Positions 11,741-27,172 of a stretch of 64,000 nt of DNA are shown piece after piece. The stretch is taken from contig OZ024745.1 in assembly GCA_964016885.1 (NCBI GenBank), positions 56,730,001 to 56,794,000 on the forward strand, read 5' to 3'. This DNA comes from Eledone cirrhosa. Taxonomy: Eukaryota. The stretch's first letter is position 1. Each line of letters opens with the position of its first letter. The notes under the pieces are model-generated. The model searched no databases and was not told where the DNA came from. It saw only the letters and a program-made list of their open reading frames with translations. The position numbers were made by a program, and so were the translations under genes.

Positions 11741-14178
11741 TATATATGGGGGGCGGGGGTTGTGTATGCAATTATATACATCTGAAAACATAATATAGTA
11801 ACCGTTAGTTTTCAATTATTTCCTGTCATTATTTCTTCTCAAATTAAGCTTTCTCATAGACATTGACAGATTATCGCGACGGAACAATTATAAGAATGAT
11901 AATAGTTTATTAAAAAATAATCTTGATTGAAAAGTTACGATCACTTTGATTAGCATACTTCAGATATGTTAGCAGGAAATAAAGCTTTGCCACCAGACCC
12001 ACATTTATTTTATTTGTTTTTAAGCTGGAAGTGTTTCTGATCGTCGAAACACTTGCTCTGTCTTGATAATTTAGATTTGTTCCGAAATGAAAAACAACCA
12101 CAAATCCATATACCTATTATTTGTAGCCTGGATGTATTTTAATTCTGGGTAGATTATATATACATATTTAGTTTTGTGTGCACTATTTATATTAAAGGAT
12201 GTATATGAAGTTGAAAAGGGAAATTATTTTGGTCTAGAGCACATAGAAATCTTTCTGCGTACGACTAGGTTAGAGTATTATATCGTAGGTAGAGTAGATC
12301 CTGCGCAATGTGTAACTGGATATATCATTTTAAAAAAAGAAATATGAATATCTCACTTCTGACTGTATAACATAGGAACGGCCACGATAAAGGATTTATA
12401 TTGATGAAATTTGATAATAGATTTAACTTCCATATTGTACAAGCTTTTAGGCCTCCGTTCAAAGTTTTACTGTTTTAACCTCATTTATAATATCTGCTAA
12501 TTATAACACGCCATATAAAGATACCCTCTAAAACGTTTTGATGTATTTACTTGTCTCCTCTTATCGCATTTGATTGGAAAGGTTTTTATGCGAATTACTT
12601 TGTATGGGAGGAAATAACAAGGTATTTGCTTTTATTGGTTATGAAATAGTTCCAACAAGTTCATGACGATGGCCCATATATCATTACATATATCTTTTTC
12701 CATAACTCGTCTCCAATTATTCTAAGTATTATCTGACATAGGGGATATTTTCTTATTTCTATAATTCTTATTTGCGAAACAATGTCAAAGTGTACACATA
12801 TCTTATTTTTTATACGTTGTTTTACTTATTGTTGTTTACACTCTTTTAGGTATAACAGCAATTATCAGCCCTATAACGAAGAAACGTACTTCAGCAATGT
12901 GGGAATATGGTGGCTGAAAAATAAAATCACCTACTTAAATAAGAAAACATACTCAAGTCCAAACATCTGCTGAAAAATCAAATTATCATTGCGTATGTTT
13001 TTGGCACTTATATTTTATTGACGTGTAATAGGATTAAATTACTATCGGGTTTATTGCAATCTATTTGTATAAGTTTCCCTCACTAAAGTTATGCGGATAT
13101 GACATTCTTATGTGGGCAGCCAATTAGTAATTTTAGTGGAGGACATTTTTCCTCCATTAACCAACGCATTAAATCCTACTTTTATCATTTATGATGTGTT
13201 AATATACTAAAATAATCAAAATTTATATTTTATTATTTTGCCACACGTTGATTTTATGAATAGTTCTTTATAATAAGCTAGTTACTACAAAATCATCAAT
13301 AAATAGTGATGAATACCCTTTCATTGACTGATCATTATCATGAAAAGGTGTGCCCTTTATTTAGGTGCAGAAAGTAGGGTAATGTTCATTATTTCCTAAT
13401 ATGCAATCATCGAATATAAATCTACAGTAGCTATATCGGATAACAAATCAATTGAAATTGATCGGGACACTTTTCTATTTATGGAATTTGTTTTAATTTA
13501 TCAAATTTTATTCTTTTGAAAGAACTTTTACAATTAAAGTAGATTTTGGACATCAAAGTTACAAAAGGAATTCACATAAAACTACTTTTGTTTCGTGGGT
13601 GGTGCTGTCGTTGTTAAATATTATAAAATCTTACATAAGAAATAGCTTTGCTCTCCACAGGTATTTTCTCTACACTGGTGCATAAACACATATTCTACAT
13701 TCATTCATTGACATTAGGTAAATAAATTCGAAAACAACATTCGCATTTATCGCTTGCAAGTTCTGAAGACCGGTTTCGACGTACAGACAACCTGAAAAAA
13801 TTGAGCCTCATATAGATGCTTTTTTCCTTCAATTCTTTAGTTTTTATCATAAATTCATGCTTGTTAGCATATATTAACATTGATCTTTATTTACCGACTA
13901 CAGGTATGGCGATTTTTTCTATTTTTGAATAAGGGTTAAGAATAGTGAATAATGAATGAAAGCATAAACTGATTTTACTTGAATTTTATCTTCCTTGTGT
14001 TGTATATACTGGGTTGTGTGCTTAGTTAAATGTATAAAATTTACGTGAATGATGAGTGCGACAATTTCTTCAAACAAAATTATAATCCTTTGCAAAACTT
14101 TAATATTGTTTATATTCTTTTACAATTCTGCGTCAAGTAATCACGAATATCAGTGTTTCACACTTCATAATAATAGTG

Positions 14179-14490
14179 GTTTCTTATATTGGCACAAGGC
14201 CAGCAATTTAGGGGGAGGGGAAAGTCGATTAAATCGACACCAGTGCGTGACTAGTATTTTATTTTATCGCACGTAGGGATGAAAAGCAAAGTTAACCTCG
14301 GCGGGATTTGAACTCAGATGCCGTAACTCTATGCTGCAAATCATGGTGTCCGAACCTCTACCGATACTGCCAATCCACCGCCCTTATATTTCATAATAAT
14401 AATATCAATGGTTTTAGATTTAGGCACAAGGCCAGCAATTTTCTTTGGTGGGGAAAGTCGATCAAATCAACCCCAGTGCATAGCTGGTAC
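14179..14490 (-). mobile_element. SINE family A: one near-full copy (14179-14383) plus a 3' fragment (14410-14490)
   Basis: Same GGCACAAGGCCAGCAAT tail and tRNA head as 9998-10182. Confidence 0.8.
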
Positions 14491-14796
14491 TTGCTGAGGC
14501 CATGCCCCACTGGATGGCATCCCATATGCTTTGGGTAGATTTAACATCTGCAGACGGAAGAGGAGAGATGTCTACAAAAGGGAATCTGAGCCGTCTACAG
14601 AAGGCGGCTCGTGTTTCTCGATCACAGTGGGTCCATTGTGTTGTGGAAAAACCTGTTGATGAGGACACGGCAATAGGTTACCGACGAAATAAACGCCAGT
14701 AAAGCCAGCGAGACTGCAGACTGGAGACCAAGGCCATCGTTTCAAACGGGTAAGGTAACCTCATGCCATCCATTAAATAGGGTAATAACCCATAGG

Positions 14797-15291
14797 GACG
14801 GAAAAAGTATGTTGACAGTAGCCGCGACAAGGAATCGAACTTCACGTATCTTAAATAACTGCTAATTTACCCCTGATGCCATCTTACCGTCTAAATTAAG
14901 AGGCTGATATAGATATAGTTGCAGAAGAGTGTTGTTTACCTTAGTTGTTAATTTGTAACTTCCTGATGATAAGCAGGTCCTAGCGAAACAAAGCACTACA
15001 CGCCAGTAGCTTATCCTACGTAGCTGATAATGAGTGACAGAGTATTCATTTATATATATAAATGAATACTCTGTCACTCATTATCAGCTACGTAAGATAA
15101 GCTACTGAGGACCTGCTTATCATCAGGAAGTTACAAAGTAACAACTAAGGTAAACAACACTCTTCTGCAACTACATCTATATCAGCCTCTTAATTTAGAC
15201 GGTAAGATGACATCAGGGGTAAATTAGCAGGTATTCAAGATACGTGAAGTTCGATTCCCTGTCGCGGCTGCTGTCAACATACTTTTCCGTC
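14797..15291. repeat. ~250-bp-arm palindrome centred on a (TA)n run (15047-15064)
   Basis: Arms are nearly identical with no spacer; the right arm lacks ~22 bp (14982-15003). Confidence 0.9.
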
Positions 15292-15319
15292 TCTCTCTCT
15301 CTCTCTCTCTCTCTCGCTC

Positions 15320-16140
<821 letters not shown>

Positions 16141-16971
16141 ATATTTATTGTATATAAACTGCCAAACAGATCATGCAGTGGTTATGCATTGATGAACATA
16201 TTAAAAGTTCATTAATGTCCAACACATTATTCTTCCAAATAACGGGTTTCAAAAATCACTACTGTGTATATAGGTAGTAATGTATGTATTTATGTATGTA
16301 TGTGCGCGCGTGTGTGTGTGTGCGTGTTCCTGTATGAGTGAATTATGTTACTTAGTCTACATAAATAAATCTTTTGTGTTTACGTGCCTGTCTGCGCCGA
16401 GTAAATAATACAAAGCTGGTGTATATATAATTGTTGACGCTAATTCTTGTTTTCCTTTACCTACTTCAGTGAAATTTCTTGAAAAACACTTGGAGCTTTT
16501 CATTGATTTATACAGTATCTACAAAATCATTTCTAGTGATATTTATTATATATGTGTTTCATAGTGTTAAATGTAGAGAATAACGTTATTATTCTTAACA
16601 ACTAAAATAAATGTTATTTGATATAAATTTTTTAGTTTACGTGTTGTAGGTATTTCTCAAATGGTTGTTACATTAGATTCAATTTTAGGAAATTATATTA
16701 AACCATGTATCAGTTCTTTTATTAAATATAGAAGATAAAGTAAATGAAGTGTAATGAAAATGAAAAGAGATTTACAATGGGTGGATTATTACTTCTAATA
16801 TGTTCTATATATTATTCAAGAATTACAGAGCTCATGACTATTTCAAAATTTCGAAGATTGTAGAAAGATGTTCTGAAAGTAGAGAAATGTTCCACAACCT
16901 TGCAACAGATTGAACTCTAACAAACTCACGTTGTTGAGTCGGTTTTAATTTTGTATATTTATATATATTAA

Positions 16972-17146
16972 GGAACGATCAACTTTCGTCAAATCGGACC
17001 GAGGGAACAATGTTTCCGTTGGTCTTTCCAATTGCTAATACTATCTATTGGTCGCAACTCCAGGTAGAAGGAGCAACGTCAAATAAAGTGTCTTGCTCAA
17101 GGACATAACGCATCACCTGGTCCAGGAATCGAAATCACAACCTTAC
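16972..17146 (-). mobile_element. SINE family B, 5'-truncated
   Basis: High similarity to 5037-5250. Confidence 0.8.
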
Positions 17147-17147
17147 G

Positions 17148-17243
<96 letters not shown>

Positions 17244-17335
17244 ATATATATATATATCCATATATATATATATATATATATCCATATATATATATATATA
17301 TTTTTACTTTCGCTTTTCCCTGCTTACATTGACAT

Positions 17336-17369
<34 letters not shown>

Positions 17370-17435
17370 GTGTGTGTGTGTGTATGTGTGTGTGTGGAAG
17401 TAAAAAAAATGTATATATATATATACATATATATA

Positions 17436-17720
17436 CAGGGTGGTCCAAAAAGATGTATCCATTTTTGATAAAGTACCATTTTCTATTGAAAGGAAAACTA
17501 CAATTTTCTGTCATACACCTGTCTTACAGACATGTAAGTTTTGTGTGGTGTAACTTTTTTCGTCGCATACCACCATTTTGCGAGCACAGCTCAATAGTTT
17601 ATAATGTGCTCGATCCAAGCTCCTCGGCACTGAATCACTGTGGATACTCGCACATTGAAGTTTGTGATGTGATGTGATGTGATTTCCTGTCCTGACTGAC
17701 CGTGGCCGGCCACGGCCACT
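17436..17720 (+). mobile_element. Tc1/mariner-like terminal fragment
   Basis: TA followed by CAGGGTGGTCC, a typical Tc1/mariner TIR start; no partner TIR seen. Confidence 0.45.
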
Positions 17721-17871
17721 ACGACCTTCGTTAGTGGTGAAAGCAGCGATCCTTTGCTTAAACTTTAATCTGTTATTTTAATATATATATATATATATAT
17801 ATATAAAGAGAGAGAGAGAGAGCGAAATAAAGAAAGAGAGAGAGAGAGAGAGAGATAATAATAATAATAAT

Positions 17872-18047
17872 TGTTTCTACGTTTGGCACAAGGCCAGCAA
17901 TTATCCAGTACATTACTGGTACTTTATTTTATCGACCCCGTAAGGATGAAAGGAAAAGTTAACCTCGGCGGGATTTGAACTCAGACCATAAAGGGACGTA
18001 ACCCTTTACTGCACAGCATGGCGTCAGACCCTCTACCGATACTGCCA
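17872..18047 (-). mobile_element. SINE family A
   Basis: Matches 9998-10182. Confidence 0.88.
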
Positions 18048-18168
18048 AGACGAGTTGTTACATCTTTATTCTATTTATTGAGGTTTGACACGCGTTTCGC
18101 GATTGATCAGTTCCACGCTGATATATAAACATATGTATATATAAACATATATATGTAAAAGGTAAACA

Positions 18169-18361
<193 letters not shown>

Positions 18362-18459
18362 TTGTGTTTCTCTGTGTGTGTGTGAGTGTGTGTATACGAG
18401 TATATAAAATGGTCCATAAATATATATTTTCAATGCTACTATTGTTATTTCCAAATCGA

Positions 18460-18596
18460 GGGCGGTGGATTGGCAGTATCGTAGAGTGTCGGACAAATCC
18501 CACCGAGGTTAGCTTTGACTTTCATCCTTACCGGGTCGACTTAATCGATGCTCCCCTCCCGCCAAAATCGTTGGCCTTGTGCCTATAGTAGAAATT
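18460..18596 (+). mobile_element. SINE family A, internally deleted
   Basis: GGCGGTGGATTGGCAGTATCG head and GGCCTTGTGCCTATAGTAGAAA tail. Confidence 0.75.
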
Positions 18597-19019
18597 ATTT
18601 TTAATTCCAATTCATTTCCCTTTCATTGTTTCAAGATGTTTTTCATAACAACGAAGCTACTGCATTTTTCACACCGTACTTTTTATGAGATCTTGCTAAG
18701 GGTCCATGGTGCATCTATTATTTGTTTTTATTCCTTCTCGGTATTGAAATCAAATTTTTACGAACCTGATCAAAGCTATTTGTATAATCTGGCTATTTTT
18801 ATGACAATATTTAATTTTCTCAGCCAGGTCTAATTAGATCTTTTTTTTGTCTTTCAAACGCTTGTTTAATCATTACATATTGATCATTAATTTTCTAAAA
18901 ATATGACATCCAAATATTTTAGTTTTACAAGATTGTAATTTGATACCGAATACAGATATGCCAGACTGATTCTGCGATATACTCGCAGCGGTTCACTAAA
19001 ATTGGCAGAAGAACGGGTG

Positions 19020-19260
19020 TATTCCAAGTTCTCTGCGCCGGTGCGTAGGAAATACACCAACAAGAGGGATAGTTTACATAATTGTAAGCCCATAATGTTG
19101 TTATCACAGTGTTTAAGAATGTGGCCAAGGTGTTAGCAAAGAAGATGGCGCCTATTGTCGAGACTCTGCTAGAGGAGGCGATACCTTGCGCAAACCCGAC
19201 TACGTGCATACACAACAACCTCCACCGCATGCGATACATCATAGAGAGGGTGGAGAGGTA
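19020..19260 (+). pseudogene. Tx1/L1 reverse-transcriptase N-terminal fragment
   Basis: Hand translation KPIMLL/TVFKNVAKVLAKKMAPIVETLLEEAIPCANPTTCIHNNLHRMRYIIERV matches the RPITLLN..KILAK..Q..F..GR.I.DN pattern. Confidence 0.7.
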
Positions 19261-20039
19261 AATGCTGCAACAGCACATTTGCTAAATTATGGGTGAACGT
19301 TCCATGAATATTTAGATACGTAGTTCCACATCATTCTTTTCACATTAAATCATGAAACATGTACACTCTAGCATCGTGACATTTCTTAAACAATATTCAT
19401 GCTAGCTAGTATTGACGAAAAGAGATTAAAGAATGTTTGATCATAATTTTGTTTTTAAAAAGTGGGGTTAATTTCCAAAGAAATCGATAAATTTCATCAT
19501 ATTCCGTTTGATAGTAGCACAAACTAATAAAACAGATTTACGCTACATTGCATCAGTGACCGAATTGATACACATCTTCCAAACAGTAATAGCAGATTGA
19601 TATCTAATATCATATTCGCTGCGCTGTTCATGAGGTATGTGATCGTTTAAAACAGTACCCTAAATAGTTCTCAATATTCACAAGGGGCCAACTGATATAT
19701 CCAAACTAATTATATTATCAGTTCGGCTGTAAGGACATTATTATTATTGTTATTATTCTTTGAGTCTCAGTCATTGATGTTATTTATCTGGAAAGTTTGT
19801 TGAAATGAATATCAATAATTGTTATATTCTTTTTGAAAAAGGGGCGTCAGACCTCTGTCTATACCCAATGAATGAGAGACTTTATAATATTTTGGCCTGT
19901 TGACCTAAATATCTGAACTTTCTATATTGTTTGCCTATTTAAAAAAAAGAATGGATGAGAAACGCCGCTAAATGCTAAGTCTTCTGTCTTGGGATAGCGA
20001 CTTGAAAGTCGAGAGTAGGGACACAATAACATGCACAAT

Positions 20040-20680
20040 TATGGACCAACAAAAAGTAATTACAAATACAACTTACAACAAACAATTTAGCAACACTATC
20101 ACAAACAACATGAAAAACGACAGTGACAACAACAACAATGAAACAAGTGAAGAAAACAAAGCCAACACCATAATTAAAAACAAAATAAAACAAGATCAAC
20201 TGCAACAACGAAAACAACAACAACGGCACCAAGAACAATTCCAACTGCAACAGAGACAACAACACCAGAAACAACAACAACGACAACACCGGCAACAACA
20301 ACGTGACTAGCAACAGAACCAGTAACAGCAACATAGACAACAACAAAAATTCTTTTGCCGAGAAAGAAAAAGAAGTTGACCCAGGTCTGGAAGTTAATTA
20401 AACAAGAGCAAACCTAGGCCTAAGTAAAAGTCCCGGCAGAGGTCCTACAAGCGGTGGAGAGCAGAACTGTGGTATTTAAATGCATCGTAGCTGAGACGAA
20501 AAAAGCAAACAACACTCCCCAGGCTCGGAGCTGCACTGAGGATGATACAGAATACATAGTGAGGGGCAGACATTACGGCACAATCTCGGTGTTGTTTAAG
20601 CCAGAAGCCCTCACTGTTAAACACTCAGTAACCCCTTGCAAAACCAGCAAGGTTATTATGGACATACTTCTCCAAATAAG
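20040..20680 (+). pseudogene. Tx1/L1 ORF1 N-terminal fragment
   Basis: Q/N-rich start, then VRGRHYGTISVLF...HSVTPCK, similar to RRGQKYGIMDVFF...YSMAPLR in ORF1 at 3498-4007. Confidence 0.55.
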
Positions 20681-21936
20681 GTCTGAGGATCATATAGAAT
20701 TCCACTTATGTTTATGAACTTATGAAACTCATTTGCATACGGTGATTGTAAACGGGCCGTCATCAAATAGTTTAGTTTCAGCGGGCAGATATGTAGTCTT
20801 GACAACCACTTATGCGTGAGAAACGGTGGCATCATCGATTACTTCTCCCTTCTTTTGTTGAAGCTAGGTAGGTATGTGACGTTTTTTACTACTTTAGAAT
20901 ATATGTAGCGAAGGGCCTTCAAAGTGATTTTCGCATAAACATACCGTATATTGTTATATGTACAATATGTACATTCATATGTTTATCGCTATTTTGGTGA
21001 ACCAATGTATATGATTTCGTTAAATATACATAACTCAATATTATGATAGTTAATTTCGTGTATTAATGTTTTTTCGTTATCAAATTTTATTTGTTAGCAT
21101 TTCTCATGAAAAACTTCGGCAAATATAAAAGTCATATTTCGCAAACATTATTGAAATTTAATGCAAAGGTCATACTCATTCATTCCAATTTGAAAAAAAA
21201 AAAGATGAACTAATAGTTTTAAAAAAGTTATGAAGAATATATTTGAATGATAAGCACTGTCGGAAAAAAATAAAAAAACAAAAAATAACAATTAGACTTT
21301 CCCGTGGAAAAGGACTGAAATAGCATAATCTCTGCAAAGAAAGGAAACAATGAAAGAAGAATAACACGAAATAAAAATGTAATTTAATAAATTCATCAAA
21401 AAAATCATTGGATGTTTTCTAAATAAAGTTTTGGAAAGCACGTTATTGATAATGCTATCAAAAATATATACGTGGTTCGATAAACTTCAAGGAATAAACA
21501 CACACATACATACACAGACACGCACATAAACACCCACACACAACCTAACACACACACACACGCGCGCATATATACGCAACCAACTATATATATATATATA
21601 TATATATCATACTTTTAGGAATATTAAGCGCATTGTGGATTTGCAAATATATATATATATAACTGCTTCCATGCAGATTTTTACCTATGAAAAATAATAG
21701 AACAAGATTTTAGAAACAGTACTCGAACTCGCACATGCTGTATACCAGCCGACTGTACAACCAAATACAACAAAGCAGATTACAAAATTTCCCGCTATTT
21801 TATGCCTCGTCAATCGATGAGAAGATTTAATTATGTTATCCCGTATCTACGGAGAATTGAGCGAATTATATATTGCCTTAGATGTTACATTAAATTTAAC
21901 TCAACCAACAAAGGTTTGTGGCTATTAAATATATAC

Positions 21937-22004
<68 letters not shown>

Positions 22005-22080
22005 TAAAATAACAGATTAAAGTTTAAGCAAAGAATCGCTGTTTTCACCCTTAATTTTATTATTATAATTTTATTATTAT

Positions 22081-22176
<96 letters not shown>

Positions 22177-22394
22177 TAATAAAAACAATGAAATAAAATC
22201 AAAGAACAGATTCCTTATATTCAAAAAATCATCATTTCACGATCCTTTCTGGGATATATATGTGTGTGTTGGTATGCATATCATATTAGAGATCTATGTA
22301 AAAAATATTACATAAAAGGAAATTAAATTAATTGATAGGTATACTTAGAGAATTAAAATAACATTAATTCTTATGAATGTGATAAATAAAGAAG

Positions 22395-22454
<60 letters not shown>

Positions 22455-22743
22455 AAGACTGAAATAGATAACATTTTATAAAAAGTAGTGTATCTATCTA
22501 AACATCCATAATGTTAAACATATTAATTATATTTACTAATCCTAGGTATTAAATGTGATAGATAGGGGATGCGGTTAAAAGAAATAGTGACGTTAAGGAT
22601 AACTTTAGGTTAAGTGAGCTGCAAGAGGGAAATCAAATTATGAAAATCTTTGTAGTAAATATCTAATTATAGGTTAACTAAATAAAAAAAAAATATAAAA
22701 AATTAATTATAATAATTTGTAAAATATAAGAGTGAGATATATA

Positions 22744-23910
22744 TTAATTAAGTTTATAATATTTGAAGGTTTTTCTAATTCTATGATTGCAAGATATAAT
22801 TAACTCTTGTCGCTTATTTAATAGGATATCATTAGATTTCATGATTTCAAATACTTCTTGGTAGCATAACTTACACTCATATCTGCTATTTTGATAAGGG
22901 GAGGCCCTTTTGAGCACGCTCCAGGTCAGATTGTAATCAATATTCTTCTTTCTATAATTATTAATTGCTTCAACCAAGGAGATTGTATTAGCTAATGCGG
23001 CATTTTTAAAACTATGTTTGTGGGTATTAAATCCTATGTAGGATTGAGTGGAGTCCTTAGTACTAATTTCACATTTATAGACTATGTTATTAATAAGACA
23101 ATTTCCCTTTAATGGGCAATTCCTTTTGATTCCACAGTTACAGCCATTCATAAATATTGTATCAGGAGAGTTAATTGTGTTATCTATAGTGGTATTAGTG
23201 TTACTATTTTCATTAATGTATGGTTTAGAATGGGTTGTAATTAGATTAGTATGGTTAGATAGGTTGTTGGTGGGTGATAGTTTAGGGGATGTGGAGCTAG
23301 TAGAATTCTGTTTGTTTTGGAGATTTTTAGTCAAAATTGGTGTTGAGTTTATTATAGGTGAAGAAGAAGATGGTTTGCTTTGGTTTACTTTAATATTATT
23401 ATGGTTGGTTTGATGTGTTGGTATATTTATGTTTTTTTTTACACTTATATGTGTTGTAAGCACTTATATTCTGTTGTATATTCTTGGTAGTGGAGTAGGA
23501 AAATCTGACAGTAGATCTATTTAAAATTTGATGGTATTTATGGTTTGGTGGGAAGTTCTTCTCTAGGATAGCAAATACTTTTTTATGGATATGGTCTTTA
23601 ATCTGTAGATTAAATGGAGCATTATACCAAGTAACCCGTCTATTACGGTTTCGACATTGTTTCTTATTATGTATCGGGAGGTTTACTGAGAGAGTTACTA
23701 TTAGTGATTTTATTATATATAGATTTAGTTAGATTAAATGATGTTTTAGTCTGATTACTAGGAATGTTGTTAGTTACGTTGTTGACATATGTAAGAGTAA
23801 TAGGGTGAATGGTTTTTTGAAAGTCATTATCTTTTATGTGAGAAGAGGTAGAGAAAATAAGTTTAGGGTTGGTGTCTTTAGGTGTAGTATGAGTGGCATT
23901 TAGGTGTGGG
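22744..23910 (-). pseudogene. Penelope-like element C-terminus: post-RT region, Cys-rich linker and GIY-YIG endonuclease, degraded
   Basis: RNRRVTWYNAPFN, NHKYHQILNRSTVRFSYSTT, CNCGIKRNCPLKGNCL, IVYKC, SYIG, HKHSF, CKLCYQE, LNKRQEL...CNH. Confidence 0.9.
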
Positions 23911-23931
23911 TATATATATATATATATATAT

Positions 23932-24710
23932 GGAGGAAGTTATAGTTCACTTGAAGCATTGTGTAATGAGGTATAAACGTTTGATTATGTATAATAAAGC
24001 CAAAACAATGCCAAAACAATGCAGGTATGGACATAAAATAAAGAATGCAAATGCAAGAAACCTCGGCAATCTTAGAATTAAGGAAGCACTAATTATAGAC
24101 AAAACACAACCACCAATCAATAATAGACTAGAACTCAACACCCAATTTATAACTTGATAGACCATCTAGCCCCGTATTTACACCCCCTCCCATACACACG
24201 CACGCACACACACACGCACGCACACATACACACATACGCTTACACCTCCACTTATTCTCTCTCTCACACACACATTCACACACAAAGACAAGTTCTAACA
24301 CGAGAGGACATCTATCCCCCACATTTACGTATAGACATATCTTCTCACACTCACACACACACACATACTTACACATTCACGTATTCTCCCACATACTTAA
24401 ACAGGCATGTACAAAAAAAACATTTTAAAGGGAGACTACTCTTTATCCACCTAACCTTAACTCTTTGACATTAGAGATAGAACAGATACTCTATACCATT
24501 TCCTGTCAGCATGACTTGGCAAGCTATTTAGAACAGTGGTTTAACCGTTTTATTTCCCTTCGAAGAAGATATATTATGTCGAAAATTAAGGACATTTAAA
24601 TAAATCTAAGGTAAAAGACTAATTGTCAACAATATCTTTTGCATTTGCATTATTTATTCTATGTCCATACCTGCATTGTTTTGGCTTTATTATACTCATA
24701 CAAACGTTTA

Positions 24711-24712
<2 letters not shown>
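23932..24712 (+). mobile_element. 5'-truncated PLE (end of GIY-YIG ORF + 3'UTR) preceded by an inverted copy of its own 3' end
   Basis: LRIKEALIIDKTQPPINNR (24057-24157); 23972-24056 is the reverse complement of 24639-24712; (TA)n both sides. Confidence 0.8.
24557..24591 (+). ncRNA. Degenerate minimal hammerhead
   Basis: CCT-TCGAAGA-A-GATATATTATGTC-GAAA-ATTA-AGG, then AATAAA; expected position in a PLE pLTR. Confidence 0.45.
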
Positions 24713-24761
<49 letters not shown>

Positions 24762-26436
24762 TCACACATATGTATACATACATTATGCATATATAGGTGT
24801 GGGTGTGTATGGGATCGTGTCTGCATCTGTATTTGAATATATATGTACGAAACACCGCAGCCACAACACTGGCATTTTATTATATAATATTATTGCAGGT
24901 TGTAGAATTCGAGACAGGCAAATCAAGCGCTGAACTTGCTGGGGGCCATATTGAAACGTATATATAAAATATGTTTATTGAATATGATTTAACTACTTGA
25001 AATACTTTGTTGATATACAATAAAGTTTTATGTGTATTAGAAGGTCACAATGATAGCTTTCTATCGCAATATCAAACAATAGTATTACATCGCAATAGAA
25101 GTATAAGAAATAAAATGTAGGTCTCTTTCTCATAATTTTTATATTCATATGATTATAAGCGTCAATCACTAATATCGGGTCATAAAGTATGAAATTTGTA
25201 GACATTTGTAGAAAAAGAAACACATTTCTACAACTTTCATACTTGATGACCCAATATAAATCCATGAACTGTAATCCATTAACGGTATGTATATATGTTA
25301 GTGTGTGTGGATGTGTTTGTGTGTTTGTGTGAGGATATGTGTATGTGAGTAACGTAATATACATATATATATTACATGTATATATATGCTTATGTCATGG
25401 AAGCCGCTAGAATGCAAATAGGGTTGCACCTCGTAGAGCAAAAATATCGAGTAATGAAAGAAAGAGGTGAGATTGATCCCTGAAAAGAAAAAGAAAACAA
25501 AATCCAGAGATAATGCTATCTTGTATATATTCCTTAATCACAATATATTTTAGACGTAACAGCCAATATTGAGAAACTTCGAAGAAATTTGCAGACATTC
25601 CCATGCGTCCGTGTGATTTAAAGAAAAGCTTTCCTTTTTCTTTTTCATTTAGCTTCCCTTAACTTAAGATATTCTCTGAATGTCCCGTTTTTAAACAAGA
25701 CCTGCCTGTCTGGTTGCATTGCGCGTGTGCATTCTATTACAGTCAGCGGAAAAGATCATGTCCACAGGTTGGCAAGATGACAGCTAAAAATATAGACTAA
25801 AAGATAAAAAAAAAACAATAAACATGCTTTATATCTGATAAGTACAACACGATATCACTATTTGAAATGACAATGTAAGCCTATATAAATCCTTTTAAAT
25901 TATTACTTATTCTGTGCATCACTACATCATTAAAATGATTCTGATCGTATCTAGTTACGATTTTATGGTGCAAAATATATGTAGATGCCTCATGTTTCCG
26001 AGAGTTTAACCATCATTCATGTGTATTAGCAATATTTATGAAAACATATCAAGCAAAGTAGATGGCAGTCTCATGTTTTAGATTTCATATATTCAATACT
26101 TACTTGAATGAACACTATAACGATATTGCATTTGTCTCATATTGTCTCAAATTGGAGTGGTTAAATACCAAGTGCATGTTGTGTTTGTGGTTAATTAAGT
26201 ATGGCTGCCATCGACAACCTGGAGTTGTAATAGTTCATTCTATGGATCATATGGGATACCCGTTATTGGCAGTAGATATTCTGTTGTTTTTTCGCGTGGT
26301 AGTGGAATGCGGGCGATGAATTTGATGATGATACAGAAAAGGCGGAGAAAGCGAAATATATAGTCCACTCTACATTTTTGCACTTATCTGTATGAGTTAT
26401 TTCTGTGTGTGTGTGTGTCTCTCTCTCTCCTTCCTT

Positions 26437-26732
<296 letters not shown>

Positions 26733-26883
26733 ATATATATATATATATATATATGTAGAAGTTCTATTTATATTGTTGGGATACAACAAGTAAATATTTT
26801 TATAACTGAATATTATAACAAATTATTGGAGTAAAAATACGATATATTAACAAATGGAAACTATATTTATAAAACCATATTTA

Positions 26884-26944
26884 TTTCATTATACATATTT
26901 CAAGAACACCATGTTAAATTATGGTGTGCTTTCATCAGATAAAA
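26884..26944 (-). ncRNA. Type-I hammerhead ribozyme, intact core
   Basis: TTTTAT-CTGATGA-AAGCACACCAT..ATGGTGTTCTT-GAAA-TATGTA-TA-ATGAAA. Confidence 0.8.
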
Positions 26945-27172
26945 TATAATATACATCAGTTTTATAAAGAATGCGACCATTTCTGTTGGAAGCTCCCGGA
27001 TAGTGGGGTTATCAAATTTATTTATTCTATTATGCAAATTATATATCCGACACTAATTTGCAAAATAGAATAAATAAATTTAATAACCCCACTATCCAGG
27101 AGCTTCCAACAGAAATGGTCGCATTCTTTAAGTGTATGTCAATATTTATTTATAAAACTGATCTATATTATA

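Noticed and set aside
14955-14995. Complete hammerhead at CTGATGA...GAAA
   Set aside because: Stem II closing pairs and the UH site are unconvincing; kept only as a remark.
18075-18125. GAAACGCGTGTC + AATAAA on the minus strand (similar GAAACACGCGTC at ~28525)
   Set aside because: Resembles a hammerhead 3' half, but there is no correctly placed CUGANGA box.
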